A DNA stretch of 64,000 nucleotides from Bugula neritina. Lineage: Eukaryota; Animalia; Bryozoa. Each line of letters begins with the position of its first letter. Position 1 is the first letter of the stretch. The notes beneath the pieces were generated by a model. It saw nothing but the letters and a program-made list of their open reading frames with translations. It made no database searches and had not been told where the DNA came from. Positions 58,935 to 64,000 of the stretch are shown in pieces. Position numbers and translations under genes: made by a program. Where the stretch lies: positions 10,426,698 to 10,490,697 of the forward strand of contig OZ037765.1 in the NCBI GenBank assembly GCA_964035545.1, written 5' to 3'.

Positions 58935-61900
58935 TTAAATATAAGGTCCCCACACTTCTACACCAGCAATAATTTGAGGTCTACATAGCCTGTGACGTGA
59001 TGGAAAGACTACGGGTGAAGCACTAAGCTGATGATCTGACAGTCTTCTCACCAGCATTTGGACAATATCTGGGTGGGTGGAGCTAAGGTCATGTGACTCT
59101 GTTGGGTCATTTCTAATATTAAACAGGCGAACAGATGCCCTTCCGTTTTTCCATTTTCGAAAATTAGCATCTAATAATAAAAAAAGAATTAATACAAATT
59201 TGACTAGTGGAGACTATAATATACTTAAATCAAGGAAAATTTCACCAATAACCATTAAAAAACTACTGCATTGCGAACTTACATGCGTGTAAATGAGTTT
59301 TAGGGTTTGGGATAAGGCCATCAAAATCTATTTTGCCAGTTATCAATTTCCAATCTCTATAGCGTATAGCTGCTAGCTGCTTAGTGTTAAATCCCAGAGC
59401 ATCACTAACACGTACACCAAGACCTTTTACTATCTTCTTAGTTGCACGTTTCAACTCTCTGCTTGCAACATCCAAAGGATCAATGTTGAATATTATTTCC
59501 TAAAACATGGAGACAAATTATGTTATCAGGCAATGCTTGCACAGCAACTATTTGATTTAAATAATTTATTTTAAAATTGAAATAATAAAAGTGAAGCTTT
59601 TTTTAGTTGGTACTTGGTATGGTTTGAAAATAAATAAATATTTGCATAATATGTGTAAGTGACAACTTACAGAACGAGGACTGGGGGTGCCTTTCACAAT
59701 GGTGGGCCATTGGTTGAATCCGTCAAGATTGGTGACTCGTCCACCGGCCATATAAACAAATGTGGGCTTCCAGTCTGTGATGTGTATCAAGGCATCAGAT
59801 ACTCCTCTTCGTTTGATCAGTGGACTCGACACAAATCCAACACCCCTGACACCTGGTTGAGTTCAAGTTACAGTTTTTAGTTTTTGAAGCTTCTTTGTAC
59901 AATTTGGCAGACATTTTTGTATTTTTTACATTTTTATAAATTTGGAATTATAGAGATTATAAGATGATAGAATTTTAAAAACAACTGCATTATTACGCTA
60001 TAAATACCAGCTTCATAATAAGTTCCTTTGTTTCCTCTCAGAGGATAATTACTGGCTCCTCCCCGAAGTGCTTGTCCACCATTGTCCGTGGAGAAGACGA
60101 TTACCGTTTTCTTCATCATGTTTGAAGCAGTTAATTTCCTGACTAAAGATCCAATTGCGCTATCCATGGCTAAAATTAGATACAAAAATTTGCTATGTGA
60201 TGTTAATTGTAATGATTTTAAAAAGTCTATCACTTTTTATTATCAATATTTTTATTATCTTTTTTAAATATGTCTAGGCTTATTTGCTACCAGTCAGCAG
60301 CTATGTACTTGCATATGTGGCAATGTTAATTCAAACATAGAACTAATCTGAGATTCTGGAGTGAGGATTAGGGTCACATAACTCTATAAATAATTATTTG
60401 ATTCGCTTGTCAAAGATGAAATTGAAGATTACCTGTGACCATGGCTGCATAAGTGCGCCTTCCCCTATCTTCAATATGATTGTACATGTCAATAAATCTC
60501 TGTGGTGCCTGCAAAAAGAAAAATTAGAAACCTCATCCATGCAGGCTCCTTGTCACACTAAATATGTTCCTGATTTATATACTTACATATTACCATAAGG
60601 TCTGAGTGCTAAAAATATAATTATTCATTTGAGCTTATTTTTAGTACAGTTTTACTGTTTGAAAATTATTATTGATGTACGGCTCGTGCCTCTTTTGTTC
60701 TATAATCCTAACATCATTTTTCATTCTCTAATCCTGAACATAAATTTTAAAAAATGGATATCCGATTTTCAATCTATGATTATAGCGATAGTCTATTGTA
60801 CTTTTTCAAATAAAGCAATATATAAGAAAAATGATACAGTTTGCATATAATATGCTTAAAGTTGTTAAATGTGCTACAACAGCAGCAATAAGTTTGCCCA
60901 ATTGTTTTCAACAACATAAATAATCTTAATTTTTTATTTTTGTTCCAGCTATCAGACAGAGCAAGGCTCTATGTAGAAGAATTGGTATGTGTTATTGGTT
61001 TTCTTGGTAAGTTACCTATCTTTCATCCTCAAGATATACAATGCACACAAGAGCATATTACTCAAAGGCCTGCATATTGCAACACTAGAAAACAAACTCG
61101 GCTCTGTCGGCTGGTTATCAACTCAAAGTTAATCCTATGTCATAAATCTTAAGTAGCAGAATGCAATTGGAAATTTTACAAATATTTGTTTAATGAAAAT
61201 TCTGTTGATTTTTTAATTAAAAAATGTTACAAATGCTATTTTAAGCAAATTTAAGCTGCTAATTTCATAGCTAAAGTTAAACATTTGAATAATTAAACAG
61301 CTGGTGGTGTTTTTGTCTTAACTGGAGTCTCTTGCAAGGTGGCAGATGACTTGATTGTCAGAATTACTAGACCTTGTTAACCTGCACTAATAAACTCCTG
61401 ATATCCACAACTAGGAATATAATAAATTTATTTGTAATGTTATGTAAATTATTCGATTTTGCTGTCTGGAACAATTGAAACATATCAGCTTTAGCATTAT
61501 ACAAATTTATTTTTCAGTTCTAGTTATATAATATTGATGTAGCTGTTGGAGTATTGTACTGATACCTGATTAGGTTGGTGGGGAGCTTGAAAAGATAGGA
61601 ACATAAACATTGGTAACCCATTTTGGCTGTGTTCATCAATAACTTCATGGGCTCTTCTTTCGTAGTAAAAAGTGGAGTACTTTCCAGAGGCTCCTGGGTT
61701 TGGAGTTGTGTCATTGTAGAAATCTAGAACTTTCTTTCCTTTGAACCCTCTAGGATTAAATCATTGCAACATCAAGCACATAGCTAGCATTGATACCAAA
61801 TGACTAATACGTATTTAAAAAAATAATCGGTTGCTGTCTGTGCATTTACTAATTAAAACAGCTTATAAAATAAATAGTTTGGTGGAGTTTTGTGACAGAT

Positions 61901-63055
61901 TTAAATTAGATATATCTGGAAATAATGTAATTATGCAAATCCATATCATTTTTTTGCAAAAGTAAAGCTTAAGAATGTCAGGAGTGTTGGAAAGAAAATA
62001 ATCAAAAGAGAATTAAACAAACTGCCAACACTGGCTAGATCATTGCAACTTGTATCCAAAACTACTAAAAGAAATTGCTAATAGTATTACTTTTGTTAAA
62101 ACTTACACTTAAACATTTTAATACCACTAAGCCTAGGGCCACACGGTGCGTATTTTTGCATGCGCAAATTGAAATCACAAGTAGCAAAGGTGTCCACTGT
62201 ACGCGTTGAGAAAACATTCGCACTTGTCGCTCAGCATTCTCAACGCAAGTGCAAATTGTCTCTGTCGTCGTCACCTAATTGGCTGGTAGTTATTCATCGA
62301 GCCCAATTTCTTTATTTTAGTGCTACATTCCAGTAAATTGCGTTTTATTGAAAGCGAGTGCGATTTAAAAATGAAAGCTTTATTTATCAAGCATCACTGA
62401 CGCTACAGTGGACACCTTTGCTACTTGTGATTTCAATTTTCGCATGCGAAAATACGCACCGTGTGGCCCTAGGCTAATAAAGCAGAAAACAATAGCATCG
62501 AGTTGAAATTTGTATTATATAGAGGCAGAGACATACTGGTTGTAACGAAACAATAAAGGGGTGTTGAAAAGCTTATGTTGTTGTCAATGTATCCATTTAC
62601 CTATCATGGTAGTAGTGATCTGCCTGCCCATTTAGCATTCCTCTAAATGAGTGGAAACCCCTGTTTGTAGGTAAATATCTTGCAGAATGATAACCACCAT
62701 GCCATTTACCTGCAAAAGAACTGTAACTTCACAACTAAGCTATATTAACTAAGAAGGAAATGACAATGCTGAAACTTTCTGAAGCGTTAATCGTTTCACT
62801 TCACATTCATTATTTATTCTTCATAAGTTGGATTTTTACATAAAGTGCCGGAGATTGACTTAGTGATGAACTGACAGTTTATAATCCACATCAATATGGA
62901 TAATGCCTTTAAGTTCCTATAAATACCAATAAGATGACTTCTGTATCCCAACGGCCTAAGCTCTTCGGCAATGGTTGTCTCTGAAAGAGGTATGCCTCGA
63001 GGTCTGCATGGCTCCAGATTTAGGTGCTGTAGGCCAAGATGAGTCACATATTTAC
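58935..63055 (-). CDS. Arylsulfatase B/I/J-like sulfatase, copy B; 5'-partial (signal peptide and CxPxR exons beyond the window)
   Basis: Exons 63055-62927, 62709-62601, 61749-61566, 60508-60433, 60169-60008, 59852-59671, 59499-59283, 59170-58935. Six exons have the same lengths as in copy A (129, 109, 184, 76, 162, 182). Motifs GKWH, FSTDNGG, LRGNKG, HITDW, AAIRYRDWKL, VWGPY*. Confidence 0.92.
62131..62474. mobile_element. PIF/Harbinger-type MITE, copy 2, 344 bp (internal ~70-bp deletion), in an arylsulfatase B intron
   Basis: Same TIRs as 55398-55812; TAA TSD (62128-62130, 62475-62477). Confidence 0.9.
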
Positions 63056-63780
63056 CTACGGCAAAGTTATGTGAACATATATCACGCATGTAATTTTATT
63101 ATTAATTGATAATATTGTGTGTATATAATCTACTTAAAGAGCACAAAATTACCAAAACATATGTTTTGGAGCAAATCAGCACAACACAGTTCTCATTTTG
63201 TGAAAAATAAAAGTTATAAACTCCTACATATTTCATAACCAGCAAGTGGCAGGTTAACGTTTAACACACAGTAGCTGTAGATTACAAAGACACGTGCTGT
63301 CTGCCAAATATAAATCAGCTTTCCGTGCAGTCTATCAACTTAGGAGGATTATCGTGATTAATAGCTATGGCATTTCAAATATGAAGAGATTTTTTAAAAC
63401 CAGTGTTATTAATGAGCAAATTTTGCTAATGAGAAAAGTCATGGCGTTAATTCATTTCCTTATGAAAAATGAAGTCTATACATCAAAACAAAGATGGGAT
63501 TAAAACTGCATTCGTAATCTAACAAATCTAACAGTGTCCATAAATAGCATGCAACAACTTCCATAGTACTCTTTGTATTGCTCAAGAATTTCAAAAACTA
63601 ACAATATTATTAAGTTTTCACTTAAAAGCGATCAAAGTTTCTTCAGTTTAAATATTCCCTGATTTTAAAAGGAAGTAGTATGTGGAAAAACATATTTGCA
63701 TTACTTCAAAGTATTTGGGTGTAAAATTGTCTTTGTGAAACAAAATCAAGATAGCCTCTACAATCAGTTAGCAATACCTC

Positions 63781-63961
63781 ATTCTCCCCCTCTCTTTCCC
63801 CCTCCCCTCCCCCTCTCTTTCCCCCTCCCCCTCTCTTTCCCCCCTTCCCTTCTTTTTCCCCCTCCCCCTCTTTTCCCCCTTCCTCTCTCATTTTCCCCTT
63901 CCCCTCTTCTTCTCACTCTCCCTATCTTCTTTTCCGGATGCCTCCTTTCCCTCTCCATTTT
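63781..63961. repeat. Polypyrimidine/polypurine (C/T) low-complexity tract
   Basis: About 180 bp almost exclusively C/T, with repeats of CCCCTCTCTTTCCCCC. Confidence 0.93.
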
Positions 63962-64000
63962 ATCATAAGGTAGGCAATGAGCAAGTAGATACACAAAAAT

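Noticed and set aside
63696-63994. Pro-rich and Gly/Arg/Glu-rich ORFs
   Set aside because: Translations of the C/T low-complexity tract.

Overview
AT-rich, intron-containing animal DNA, most likely an invertebrate bilaterian (taxon not determinable here). There is no prokaryotic content, CRISPR array, rRNA or tRNA. Six spliced protein-coding genes were rebuilt by hand with GT-AG introns and consistent phases. (1) A small EGFR-ligand-type precursor with signal peptide, one EGF domain and a TM helix (- strand, runs off the left edge). (2) A 418-aa tandem-C2 protein with an N-myristoylation-type start and a 20-nt microexon (+). (3) A complete GATA1/2/3-class transcription factor (-, 412 aa). (4, 6) Two tandem ARSB/I/J-like arylsulfatases (-); copy A is complete, copy B is 5'-truncated by the window edge. 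(5) Between them, a divergent BAF (barrier-to-autointegration factor)-like gene with a long N-terminal extension. Mobile DNA: a decayed RTE-clade LINE with TSD, a 48-bp insertion consisting essentially of that LINE's 3' stem-loop with a 14-bp TSD, a pogo/Tigger-type MITE, and two copies of a PIF/Harbinger-type MITE. Most notable: a 114-aa polybasic/furin-site/mucin insert in arylsulfatase A, the extended BAF-like protein, apparent exon-limited gene conversion between the sulfatases, and about 1.6 kb of drifting 6-bp-periodic DNA between the divergent EGF and C2 genes. All gene models are manual and lack transcript support.
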